Shown here: positions 39,780 to 52,017 of the stretch, piece after piece
Layout of the letters: each line of letters begins with the position of its first letter
Position numbering within the stretch: position 1 is the first letter of the stretch
NCBI RefSeq assembly: GCF_006345805.1
Contig: NC_043010.1
Coordinates: 51,336,001-51,400,000, forward strand
DNA length: 64,000 bases
Origin: Octopus sinensis
Taxonomy: Eukaryota
Reading direction: 5' to 3'
Translations under genes and position numbers: made by a program
Notes under the pieces: generated by a model
Told to the model about the DNA's origin: nothing
Databases searched by the model: none
What the model saw: the letters and a program-made list of their open reading frames with translations, nothing else

Positions 39780-40870
39780 CTCGACTTTCACTTTCATTCT
39801 TTCGAAATCGATAAAATAAGGTACCGGTTTAGCACTGGTGTCGATGCAATCGACTTACACCCATCCCCCGAAATTGCTGGCCTTGTGCCAAAATTATTAT
39901 TATTATTATTATTACACCATTCGGGTGATGGGACTTCTATTCCTATTCTTTAGGGCGGCGAGCTGGCAGAATCGTAAGCTCTCCGGACAAAATGCTTAGC
40001 GGCATTTCGTCCATCCTTGCGTTCTGAGTTCAAATCCAGCCGAGGTCGACTTCGCCTTTCACTCTTTCGGGGTCGATAATTTAAATACCAGCGAAACACT
40101 AGAGTTGATGTAATTGACTACTCGCTCCCCAAAAATCTCAGGCCTTGTGCCTTTAATAGAAAGGATTATTATTAGATTACGGCGGCGAGCTGGCAAAATC
40201 GTTAGCACGCCCTGCGAAATGCTAAGAGGTATTTCGTCTGCTGCTACGTTCTGAGTTCAAATTTCGCCGAGGTCGACTTTGCCTTTCATCCTTTTGGGGT
40301 CGATAAATTAAGTACCAGTAGCGTACTGGAGTCGATGTAACCGACTAGTCCCTTCCCACCAAATTTCAGGCCTTGTGCCTTTAGTAGAAAGTATTATTAT
40401 TATTATTCCTTTCTGGTGATGGGACTTCTATCCCAATTCTTTAAGGCGGCAAGCTGGCAGAATCGTTAAAGCGTTGGACAAAATGCTTAGCGTCATTTCT
40501 TCTCGCTCTTTACGTTTTGGTTTCAAATTCTGCCGAGGTCGACTTTTCCTTTCATCCTTTCGGAATCGATAAAATAAGACCCAGTCGAGTACTGGGGTCG
40601 ATATAATCGATTTACCTCCTCCTCCAAAATTGCTGGCTTTGTGCCAAAATTTGAAACCACTTAAAAGCGGCGAGCTGGCAGAATCGCTAATACGCCAAGC
40701 AAAATGCTTAGCGGCATTTCTTCGCGATCTTTATGTTCTGAGTTCAAATTCTGACGAGTTCAACTTTTCGGGAACAATAAAATAAGTAGCAGTTGAACAC
40801 TGGATTTGATGTAATCGACTTAACCCTCTCCCTAAAATAGCTGACCTTGCGCAAAAATATGAAATAATAA
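39780..40870 (+). mobile_element. Head-to-tail cluster of 4-5 family B SINEs
   Basis: Heads ggcg(g)cgagctggca at ~39953, 40181, 40446 and 40667; duplicated spacer ggtgatgggacttctat. Confidence 0.85.
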
Positions 40871-40907
40871 TGATAATACTCACTCCAATTATTTTATGGA
40901 TAGTGGG

Positions 40908-41620
40908 CAGCGCTGGATTAACCATTAAGCAAAATAAGCACGTGATTAGGGCATCAAGGGAAGCGCGGTACCACAGAAATGGTAAATGGTTTACGGCACA
41001 AAAGAAATCACTATAAACTTGCTAAAATAATATTCGAGACGCCTTTAACGGATGCAAAAAAGTAGGAGGAAGCTTTTCAAATATAAACAAGAGCACTTAG
41101 CGCAAACCTCCGCCAAGGCAACACTAAGGTCATCTCAACGATTAACCAGGCATAATTTTTAAAATGAGAATGTCTGAAAAACTCGACTGCTCTCACAAAC
41201 GAGAATACTAAAAATGAACCCGACCGCTCTCAAAAATTTAGTAAAAAAAGAAAAAACAGGAAAAATAATCCAGAATCCTTGTCCGGAATCAGATCGATCC
41301 CAAAATCTAATCAGTTCGTGTCAGTTACGACGCCGAACATCCCTGAAACTTTCATCCGAATCCATCAAGCGGTTCTTGAGATATCTTGTCCACAGACAAA
41401 CAAACAAATGCGACTGAAAACAATATCTCCGCCTTCGCTAAAGCGGGGGTAATAAAGTGGAAGTATACAAAAATGAACATTATTTTCCCTCTTACTGTTT
41501 TGTTTCGTTTTGAAAAATAAAAATTTATATTATGGTTTGCTAATGTTTATATTTTGAATAACAATCTTTTATGGGGGCACCAAAATCTTTAAGGTCGTGA
41601 TGGGTCTTAATCCGGCCCTG
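40908..41620. mobile_element. hAT-like MITE containing a nested HINE-like element
   Basis: TIRs cagcgctggattaa / ttaatccggccctg; TSD degenerate. Confidence 0.5.
41086..41453 (-). mobile_element. Helentron-associated (HINE/DINE-like) non-autonomous element
   Basis: aacaagagcac...acctccgccaagg subterminal repeat at one end; hairpin ctccgccttcgctaaagcgggggtaat at the other. Confidence 0.6.
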
Positions 41621-42217
41621 ATGGAGGAAGGAGTAAGTAAAGATTACAGTTTATACAAATAAACCTCCAGCGGGCTGGGTTAACTATGATCATGGCGTAA
41701 AGAAAATTAGCTGCAAAAAAAAAATGGGTATGTTGAGGTGAATAAACTGTTTTAAAATGCAATAAATTCTTTCACTGTTCTCACAGATTAATACTACAAC
41801 TACCACCACCGTATATATAGAACTAAAACTTATGCATCTTGAAAATTGCACAGAAACTTTATAATCGCTCAGTGCATTGGAAACTATCTTATGACACCCT
41901 ATATACTAGCAACATCGTTCTTACCCAACCATCATGCAACAGTAATGTATGTACTTTTACTAGCGATGATGACCTACCAAAAATAACTAGCGCGCCAGAA
42001 CTATCACTGCCGCGTACACAGAACCTCGGTTTTACTGGAAGTAAAAAATATAAAATAAAATAAAACAGAATAAAATGAAACATAATCAGCACCACTTATA
42101 TTCTATCATCATTTAGTTCTATCATAACGCTACTAGTGAAGAAATTCGAACGTGTTTGTATATATTAGAGTGGGATTTATATGAGGTTACCGTATTTAAT
42201 GTCTCACGACGTGTGTA

Positions 42218-42249
<32 letters not shown>

Positions 42250-42649
42250 GTGTAATTTGTAACAGACGACACCAGGTTTCGAAACTTGCTGCAGTTTGTT
42301 ACACATTTTTAAAGGCAATAATAAAACGGTTATTCTCGGTGTTAAATTACACCTTCAATCTTTTACAAGTACATAACCGACATTCGTTGGTGTATGCGTG
42401 TCACTGTATTCATTTGTACGTTTCAGTCATTTGACTGCGACCATGCTGGAGCACCGTCTTCAGTCGAATAAATCGACCCCGGGACTTATTCATTGAAAGC
42501 TTAATACTTATTCTATCAGTCTCTTTTGTCGAACCGCTAAGTTTTCTAAGATGGGCAGATTTTAGTGATACACTGATAACCCGTTTGTCAGGAAACTAAT
42601 AGATTTGCACTAAAGCAGACAGAGGTGGGTGGTGTTAAAAACGGTGAAG

Positions 42650-42960
42650 ACCCTCTTCGGTTATGAATGACCATGGGATTGTACGTACAACTCTGGACAG
42701 GGTTGTTTCTGGAAGACCAGTAGTCGCCCATGCATACCAGCCTCCCTTCTCCACGCCACCGATGTTATCCAGGGGAAAGGCAAAGGCTGATATAACTTGG
42801 CACCAGTGATGTCGCAACTCATTTCTACAGCTGAGTGAACTGGAGCAACGTGAAATAAAGTATCTTGCTCAAGAACACAACACACAACCTGGTCCGGGAA
42901 TCGAACTCACTCCCTCATGATTGTGAGCCCGACGCTCTGACTACTGAACCACGTGCCTTC
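42650..42960 (-). mobile_element. tRNA-derived SINE with V-domain-like centre
   Basis: Minus strand gaaggcacgtggttcagtag...gagttcgattcc...gtgttcttgagcaagatact...cactcagctgtagaaatgagt. Confidence 0.65.
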
Positions 42961-43224
42961 AGTTGGGTGGTGCTAACAATAGTAAGTTAGCTTTTGTTTC
43001 AGTTGAGAAATATTTTAAAAGAGAGAGCAAACCAAAATCTCATCAAATAATCAAATGTGGTTCTTAAAATGGCTGTTCATGTATGACATCACAGTCCGTA
43101 TTTGAGTCGGACACAGGCGCGCGCACACTCTCTTACATATATTCGTTAAGACATAGGCGTGTATAGACCTACATATGCACATCTCTATACGACAAGAGAA
43201 GAAAAAATTATGTAAAGAACTTCA

Positions 43225-43310
43225 TTAGCTTACGGCTGTTTCTGCTATAAGATACAATGCACTCATAGTTGAGTACTTGTGTATCAACTTATAGTTTCTT
43301 TGGTGCTTCA
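43225..43310 (-). ncRNA. Decayed hammerhead-like motif with long stem II
   Basis: Minus strand agca-CCAAAGA-a-(long hairpin ctataag...cttatag)-ca-GAAAC-AGCC-GTA-agct; core mutated. Confidence 0.35.
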
Positions 43311-43678
43311 ACTAAAAAGATGTTTTATATGACACATTCTATCAGTGTCCGAAGTTTGAAAGTATTTAGTTACAAAAAATTTCTCGATCTGCCGTTCAAA
43401 GAGTAAAGAACCAAATAACGTTATCTTGATGGGTTCTTATGAAGTTTTTAGAAATTTATAACACGCTATAGAAACGTTATTCATTGCTATTATATCTACA
43501 ACCTCGTACTTAAACACTCGTGTCTTTCCTTACTAGGATTTCCCGACAAAATTGATCGACCCAGCGACGTATGAACCTGGTTGAACAATCGTATGTATCT
43601 CGCCAGCTTGAGTGGGACTGCAAAGGCCATGGCCGTTGCCTGGGACCACAAATTTCATACATAGACACAGTCCGAAGA

Positions 43679-44093
43679 GGATCTTTTCGGTTTGAACGGC
43701 AGTTTTTTAAAATAATTTCCACGTAACTAAACACTTTTAAACTTCGTATACTGGTAGAATGTGTTTATAAAACATCTTTTTCTCTTGGCTTTATTGAGAA
43801 AATTCTATGGTTTGTAAGATATTTGTTGTTTTTTTCTTCTTCAATTTCAGCAATTTCAACCAATCAATGACGTCTATTGAGGTGAAAACATTATGTGCCG
43901 TATGAATACGTCCTTCGTTTAAGAAACAGATTGAGTTTATTTACATTTCTGAAGAAAAAAAAAGATACCCTTGCCCCCATCCCTAACCCTAAAACAGATT
44001 GAAATGCAATAGATCGATACTAGGGTCACAATTATGGGTGACAATTTCATAGGACACAGCTAGAAATAACTGCCGTACAAACCGAAAAGATCC
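43679..44093. mobile_element. MITE with 24-bp TIRs and perfect 8-bp TSD (Merlin-like)
   Basis: TCCGAAGA|ggatcttttcggtttgaacggcag ... ctgccgtacaaaccgaaaagatcc|TCCGAAGA. Truncated copy at 56201-56490. Confidence 0.85.
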
Positions 44094-46635
44094 TCCGAAG
44101 ATTACACCCATCTGTTGTGCATGTGTGTACGTGAGTGCGTGATTGTGTGCAGTTTGTGAATTTGTGAATATATCTGTAAATCTTTCGTATGCGTGTGTGA
44201 GTGTTTGCGAGTCTGTTGTTTGTATATGCTTTACAAATATTTGTACCCAATTTTGTACCGCTTCAAACGTGATTACAAGGCCTTACGCGAAGGCGCGAGT
44301 GTGTGTGTGTGCGGTAAGCCAAGCAGCGTAACAATGACACATTAAGATAGGAATGTCATCAAAGAGTTAGTAGAGGAGCTATTCCTAAGCACATTCATAC
44401 ATATTCGTGTATATGTGTGTGTGTGGTTTAATTGTAATAATACACACAGACAGACATAGTGTAGTATGCACAATGTGCAGGTTATTAATGAGTATAATGT
44501 TGTTGTTGTTGTTGTAGGCATCGAAATCACAATGAGTTAGTTATTACATGCCACTACATTCCCTACTACTGTAATTGTCCACAAATAAATAATGTCATCA
44601 AATATGTCAATTGGGTTCAGTGAATCAGAAAAAATACGTCTACGCTAAACAACATTGTTACGTTTTTTATTTATTTATTTTGCATGTGTGTGTGTGTGTG
44701 TGTGTGGTGTGTGTGTGTGTGTGTGTGTACGAGTACTACCACGATAGTTATTCAATGTGGTGGTTCTACTTGCTAGAAATAATATCCAAATCCTTAAAGT
44801 TCACTTTACTGTCCACACCACTGAACATATATATATACTAAATGAAAAATAACTGAATATGATATTATACTACATAAAGCGGGGTGGTCACGCCTAGAAT
44901 GCCAGTGGGCTGATGAAAGCCCAACATAGTGGAAAAGTTTAAAAAAAAACATTTGGTAGACGGAAACTGAAAGAAGCTTGTCGTATATATGTATATATAT
45001 ATATGTGTGTGTGTTAGTGTATCTGTTTGTACCCACAAAATCGCTTGACAACCGATGGTGGTGTGTTTGCATCCCCGTAACTTAGCGGTTCGGCAAAAGA
45101 GACCGATAGAATAAGTACTGGGCTTACAAAGAATAAGTCCTGGGGTCGATTTGCTCGACTAAAGGCGGTGCTCCAGCATGGCCGCAGTCAAATGATTGAA
45201 ACAACAAGTAATAGAGTAAAAGAGCATGTACTCAGTTTCGTTTTAATGTGGATTTTTCCGAAAATACCAAATGTTTGTTATTAAGTCGGCAAGCTGGTAA
45301 GAATCATTTGCGCGCCGGACAAAATGCTTAGCATTCAGAGTTAAAATTCCGTCGAGGTCGAGTTCGCCTTCCATCGTTTCAGGATCGATAGATATTCTTT
45401 TTTTTTTTGCGCCTTTTTCAAGCCAAGCCAGGCTCATGGGCCCGGTTTCCCGATTTCTATGACGTATGTGTTCCCCCCAGCTGGACGGGACGCCAGTCCA
45501 TCGCAGCGTTACTCAAGAAACGGGAAGAAAGAGTGAGAGAAAGTTGGGGTGAAAGAGTACAACGGGGGTCGCCACCACCCCCACTGCGGGAGCCTCATGC
45601 AGCTGTGGGCGTTTTCGCTCAATAAACACACACAACACCCGGTCTGGAAATCGAAACCGCGATCCTCCGATCGCGAGTCCGCTGCCCTAACCACTGGGCC
45701 ATCGATAGATTAAGTACCAGTAAAGCACTGATTCGATGTAATCGATTAGCCCCCGCTTCTCCAAAATTCCAAGCCTTGGGCCTATTGTGGAAAGGATTAT
45801 GATAACGAAGGCCACGAGCTGACAAAATCGTTAGCGCGCTGGAGAAAATGTTTATCGGTATTTCTTCTGGCTCTACTTTCTGAACTCAAATCTCGCCAAG
45901 GTCAAATTTATCCTTCATCCTTTCGCGGGTCGATGAAAATATAGTACCAGTCCAATATAGTCGATGGTACCGACTATTTCCCTCCCCTTAAAATTGTTGG
46001 ACTCGTGCCTCAATTAGAAACAATTATAGCAATACTCTTCTTTCTTTTTTGCTCGCTAATTTCTCATCAATTAACTGAACTGTTGGGTTGGGTTACATTT
46101 TTGTAAAATAGCGAGTTGAAAAACTCCGGCCAACTGGTTTTACCCGTCATTAAATGAGAAAAACCCTCCTCTTGTGGTGTTTTGCACACACACATTCAGC
46201 CTTTTTGTGATGGCAATGGGATGATAGTAATAGTATGAGCTAGGCGGCGTAGGTGATGGTGGTAGCCGAGGCGGTCAAGATTGAATGTGAGAGTAAGTGA
46301 TGTGAAAGGCAGTGATGATAGTGGTGGAGGGGAGGCGGCGATGTCAACAGTATTGGTGGTTGTGGCGTCAGAAGTCTGAATGGTGTACGGCAGATGTGAT
46401 GGCGATGGAGATGGTACTGTTCTTTATCTTGCAGCTTTGCAATAAGTTCCAAGTCGACAAATTATATCATTGTTTTAATGAAAATTGTTCATTGCTTGAA
46501 AAATATTGCTCAAGTTTAATAAAATTTGATAAGTACTCAATGCATGAAGTGTCACTGTTGGGCCTAAGGCCTAATGAAGAGCCCTCCACAAGAGCTAGCT
46601 TAAAAGTCGCGTTATCGAGCGACTTTTTAAGCTAT

Positions 46636-47075
46636 TGATCAATATACCCACTGTCTGCGACACGACACACGTGAAGTCAGTAGTCCAGCTCTTGCCAAAC
46701 ACGCTGTAGCATATATTGTGTAACATTTTCCGGCGCCTCAGTGATTTCCTACTTGAGGTCCTCTAGGTTTGTACCAAGAGCAAGGATATAGATCAGTCCT
46801 TTCACATAGCCCCATAGAAAAAAAATCACGGTGTCAAGTCAGGTGAACGTAGTGGCCATTTCAACAGCACATCGTCATTATCACTGACATAACTGGTCCA
46901 TCTACCTTGTAGATTCTCATTAAGATAAGTCCGCACATTCACCTTCCAGTGAGGTGGTGCCTCACCCATTTGAAAAATGAAGTGTTCATGCTCATTTGCA
47001 ATGAGGTCATCAAATAACCATTTCTGAAGCATTTGCAGTTACAGATCGCCGGTCACGTTTAGCTCAAAGATAAAC
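46636..47075 (-). pseudogene. Tc1/mariner-superfamily transposase relic (catalytic domain C-terminus)
   Basis: FIFQMGEAPPHW...VRTYLN...GRW...WPLRSPDLTP*, then frameshifted FFLWGYVK...MLQRVWQELDY. Confidence 0.85.
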
Positions 47076-47172
47076 AGTCTAGAAAGACGATTGTTTGTTA
47101 AAATTTGAGATGATTTGATCGAAAACTGGCAATTATTAGACTACAAAATGATGTCAAATTTTTTAAGACATC

Positions 47173-47214
<42 letters not shown>

Positions 47215-48309
47215 TGTGTGTGTAAGATATATTGGGTGCAGGTGTGGCTGTAGAAAAAAGTTTGCATCCCAACTACATGGTTCTGAGTTCAATCCCACTG
47301 CGTGGTACCTTGGGCAAGTGTCTTCTACTATAACCTCGGGCTGACCAAAGCCTTGAGTGGATTTGGTAGACGGAAACTGAAAGAAGCTCGTCATATATAT
47401 ATATATTATATATATACACACACGAGCAGGAACTTCAAATTCCCGCGGTTGCCAGACTAATGCTAGTTTACTGGTATCTTTATCAGACTAGAACCTTGCA
47501 AAGTACAGCATTAATAAACTTATATAATTCATACTAATGTACAGGAATATGTGCTTCATTTAAATCATTTAAGTAAATTTAATATTTGTTTAATTTAAAG
47601 TATATTGACCAAGATGACCACCACTCCTGATTCGGAAAAAAATCAGTAATCCGGAAAGTCTTTGGAACTAAAGGCTCCGGAAAATCTATGTTGTGTCTAC
47701 AAATGGTAACAATCTTACAGGTCTATGGGAGCCTTCAAGTAAATAAATGATCCTCTTTATAGAAAGATGTAAAATAGCACAAATGGTTTTCCATACATAG
47801 ACTTCACTGGATTGCAATTTCCGTCGTTATTTTCTGCACCAAAAACTGCAAAAAGGCCAATTTATTTTTATTGCCAACTGGCATAGTAAAATTGGAGAAG
47901 AAATCATCAAAATAACTTCTTGATATAAAATAATTAGGTCATTTTCAGAAAAGAAAGGTCTTAAATATAGGAGACATCGCTCTGCCAAGTGAACTACAAA
48001 TATTAGATTATAAACCTACGACTTTTAATAGATATTTTAAGTTTGAAGAGGGAAGAATAAAAGAAATATATAAATAAAATAGCTTGAATTTTCGCAACGA
48101 CGTAATAGTATGATCAAGGTACTGTAAACCATTCAGCAACTCGTTAATAATGCCTTATTTGTTCGCTATTCTATTATTGTCACATTCTCGCTCTCTCTCC
48201 TCTCTTTCAATCTCCGCCTATAACCATACCTGTATATTTTTCTAATGCCTCCTCTCTCTCTCTCCAAAGAGCTATGCAGCGAGCTAGCCAAGTACTCCTG
48301 GTATTTGAA

Positions 48310-48930
48310 CAAAGTGAGCTTAAAGAAATGACTCGATGTGGCCAGTGGCATGTTTATGAATAACAGACAAATATCGGCATGTTAAATACCTCATAGCAAA
48401 AATTTCTAAAATTATTTCCGCCTCGAGATAATGTGTCTTAATTACCAAATTGCAATTAAGAATTTTCGTTCTGATGTATCTAACATACCGGTACTTATCT
48501 ATGTTATTCAAATATTTAGCACTGGCCAACCTCGAATTATTTTTGTTTTGCTTCATTTTTGTTTAAATAATGCAAATTACTTAAGCCATTATTGCTTTCT
48601 CTTGTTTTGTATGAGTCTAAGTCCTTTGCCTACTGGAGATAAAATCGGGCAACAGTCGTGCCAATGAAGGCTATTGAAGGAGAATACATGTCCACGACTG
48701 TTCTGTTATCTCCAAACAATAACCCTGTCCCTTTCCCCAAACGGCAAGTCACTTTTGGAGAACTCTTGAATCTGGGGATTGTCTCCCCTTCTCAACTGAA
48801 GCCGGTCATAATTACCATTATGGTAATTATGATACATCCTCGTGAGGCGAAGATAATTTTAATAAATCAGTAATTTTTGTTATAAGGCATTTAACATACC
48901 GATATTTGTCTAAGTACTTCATTGGCTTTG
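48310..48930 (+). mobile_element. Decayed Penelope/retrozyme-like unit (~411 bp period) with inverted 5' copy
   Basis: Direct repeat taacataccg at 48481 and 48892. Inverted arm ~48330-48470. Long stem aacagtcgtg/cacgactgtt encloses decayed core CCAATGA...GAATAC-AT-GTC. Confidence 0.5.
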
Positions 48931-50458
48931 CTGTCCGTATGAGTCAACAATTTTTAATCCTGTTCTTCTTGTCATTGAATTGTGCTAACAGTTATGGAAG
49001 ACGGTCTTTAAGAACAGAGGGGTTACATTAAGATCCGTCACGCAGAAATGGGAGCGAATTTTTTTCCCACGAGAGTTCAGGACCCCAGTAATGAACTCAT
49101 TTACATACAGCCAATCAGAAAACCCACATATTTTAGTCGTTGGACGGCAGCCATACTGAGGCACCAGCTTCAAGGATTTAGTCGAACAAATAAATTTCAG
49201 TATCTATTTTTGAAGTCTGTTACATTTTCGATCGGCCCCTTTGGCCGAACTTGTCAAACGAGCCAAGCACATACCGACACACACACACACACTAAGGGTT
49301 TCCAGTTTCCGTCTACAAAATTCAATCTTAACGTATTGGATGATAAAAAAAACAAAAACACTAACCTCCTTTTTCGTAATTGCTGGCCTTGTGCCAAGAT
49401 TAGAAACCTATTATTTAATATGTTTCCTATTTAAAAGGTTGGGAGGCACTGACACGTAACGACAGGAGGTAAAAAACAAAATCTTTCATTATTGGAGAGT
49501 TAATAAAAAAAACACTTGGAAACGAACAAAAGAGGGTTTTTCCCTCTTCACAATCTACAGCTAACTCTCTTCGTGTAAAGAGAAAATAAAATAATTATTA
49601 TAAATAAATATGCAAGTCATCACAGTAAGATAGTTACGAGAGAATTTGTGCGTGCGTATGTGTCAAAAAGAAAAAAAACAGCTGAAAAATAAATAGGACG
49701 AGAGAGAGAGAATGGTGATGGGCAAGTGTGTATGTGTGAAAACAAGAGAAAGTGAGTGAATGAATGAAATAAGAGAAGTAGGAGAGAAGGAATGCCATAG
49801 AAAAGCGATAACTTCAGTTGAGTGTTGATCAGCAAATTAATGGTATAAATTTGATTTTGGGAAAATAGAATACTTTATGCCTCTGACATAGCACGCTATC
49901 TTCAATATAAAGGATTAGCACTAACACAAGACTTTTGCCTTGATATCACGAGATGATTGTAAATGAATAATGAATGTCATACACATTCATTTCTAGCCTT
50001 CTACGGAAAACATGCTTTGCCATGGGGAGAAATACAACCTTGATTAGTTAGGAACAGGTGAGGGTTGGCGTCATGAAGAGTGTAGAAAAATCTTCTCAAC
50101 AGATTTCGTCTCATCCATTCAAGCATGGAAAATTTAGGCGTTAAACGATGATGATGGGAATACACGAATGTCAAAGAGAAGTCCTTTACAATACATGGAC
50201 TGATGCCGTGTTGCTGTTGTTGTTGTTAAGCAACAAGACGGGTAAGGGTGATTAGGTAATGGTGATTAGGTAATGGTCTAGGGCTTAGGGGCGGGAGACC
50301 CCAGATCTTGGGAAAAAAAACAAAAACTTTGGTCGTCTTGTAGTCGTTGACGCCCGACGCCACTGGGAGGTGGCCCTCGAAGTCGCTGGAAATGGAGATC
50401 TCCAGGTCCAAATTCTTGAACGGCCGACTGACGCCGTGCGACAAGAAGCTTCTGATCT

Positions 50459-50496
50459 AAGGCAAACATGTTTGAGTTACCTTCGTCAGATGACTT
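50459..50496 (-). ncRNA. Decayed minimal hammerhead-like motif
   Basis: Minus strand aagtcat-CTGACGA-aggtaactc-AA-ACATGT-T-tgcctt; stem III is the palindrome ACATGT; G12 lost. Confidence 0.4.
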
Positions 50497-50764
50497 CAAA
50501 GCCAAGAAACACTATCTTACCAACATTGTTTATATTGTCCAAACGTTTTGATCTTATTGGAGCTTATCTCCCTTGCTTGTCGTTACTAAACAAACTTTAT
50601 AGGAGTCTTTTTGCCAACTAATTGCATGGATAATCTTCGATGATCGAGGCTTTTCAACTCGTTACACAGTACCGAACCAGCTATCCGGAAAGATTAGGGC
50701 CAGAAGTGTCCCGGATTTCTGGATTTGCCAGTTTTCTAGAGACAGTCTAAATGTATACTAAAAA

Positions 50765-51325
50765 TCTATATATATAAAGCTGAAGTTGTCTGTGTGTGTG
50801 TGTGTGGCAGGTTTGGTAGCCTTCAACTAACACTATCTCCTCCAAGACCTGCGGCGCAAGTTGACCAAAATTGAGAGTATGATACAAGGAGGCTTGCTCT
50901 TCATTCCGTAGAAAAAAAAATTCAAATCGGATCATGCTAACACCAAAACTTATTTACATCAAGAAGGTGCTTTTTTTCTATGAAAATCTCAATTTTTTAC
51001 GATTTTTTTACTGCTGTGTCGCCATTTTCTGTACATTAGAATGAATTATATAAGTTTATTAATGCTGTACTTTGCTAAGTTCTAGTCTGATAAAGATACC
51101 AGTAAACTAGCATTAGTCTGGCCACCGCGGGAATTTGAAGTTCCTGCTCGTGTGTGTATATATATATAATATATATATATGACGAGCTTCTTTCAGGGTA
51201 TTTCAACCAGAAAAATGTTCAATTAAAGAGAATAACAAGCTACATAATGCAAAATTTTTACTTTTCAAAAATTCCAATTCTAAAGGGTCGAAACAAACCC
51301 GAGCAACTCCGGGTGATACTGCTAG
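50765..51325 (+). mobile_element. Non-autonomous Helitron-like element (family 1) carrying a 168-bp foreign insert
   Basis: A|TCTATATATATAAAG ... cccgagcaactccggg-tgatactg-CTAG|T: AT target, no TSD, subterminal hairpin. Confidence 0.8.
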
Positions 51326-51602
51326 TATGAAATAAACAATGAAAAGTACAGAGCTAAATCGTATTTAACAGGTTAATACACTTTTAAAGCAGGGTATGTT
51401 AAATCCTTATAAAGAACAAAACTGGATACAATAGTTTGCACGGTATAAACACAGTATTCCCAGATGTCTGGAAGCCGGATAAGCGGTACGGTATGTACTA
51501 CATTTCTGTTTCTACCTTATTAATTAGAATAAAATCAGTGGATCAGATTAAATAATTAACTTGAAACACTAAGATAATGAGAGATAAAAAAAAAAGTTAG
51601 AA

Positions 51603-52017
51603 TGCGCAGGAGTGGCTGTGTGGTAAGTAGCTTGCTAACCAACCACATGGTTCTGGGTTCAATCACACTGCGTGGCATCTTGGGCAAGTGTCTTCTGCTA
51701 TAGCCCCGGGCCGACCAATGCCTTGTGAGTGGATTTGGTAGACGGAAACTGAAAGAAGCCTGTCGTATATATGTATATATATGTATATGTATGTGTGTGT
51801 GTTTGTGTGTCTGTGTTTGTTCCCCTAGCATTACTTGACAACCGATGCTGGTGTGTTTACGTCCCCGTCACTTAGCGGTTCGGCAAAAAGAGACCGATAG
51901 AATAAGTACTGGGTTTACAAAAAGAATAAGTCCCGGGGTCGAGTTGCTCGACTAAAGGCGGTGCTCCAGCATGGCCGCAGTCAAATGACTGAAACAAGTA
52001 AAAGAGTAAAAGAGAGA
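51603..52017 (+). mobile_element. SINE family A, full length
   Basis: Same pattern as 20975-21381. Confidence 0.9.

Noticed and set aside
44900-44940. CTGATGA...GAAA spacing resembling a hammerhead or a snoRNA box
   Set aside because: No consistent stem II, stem III or stem I pairing.
48166-48351. ORF with faint resemblance to a hAT dimerisation motif
   Set aside because: Too short and weak, and it overlaps another repeat.
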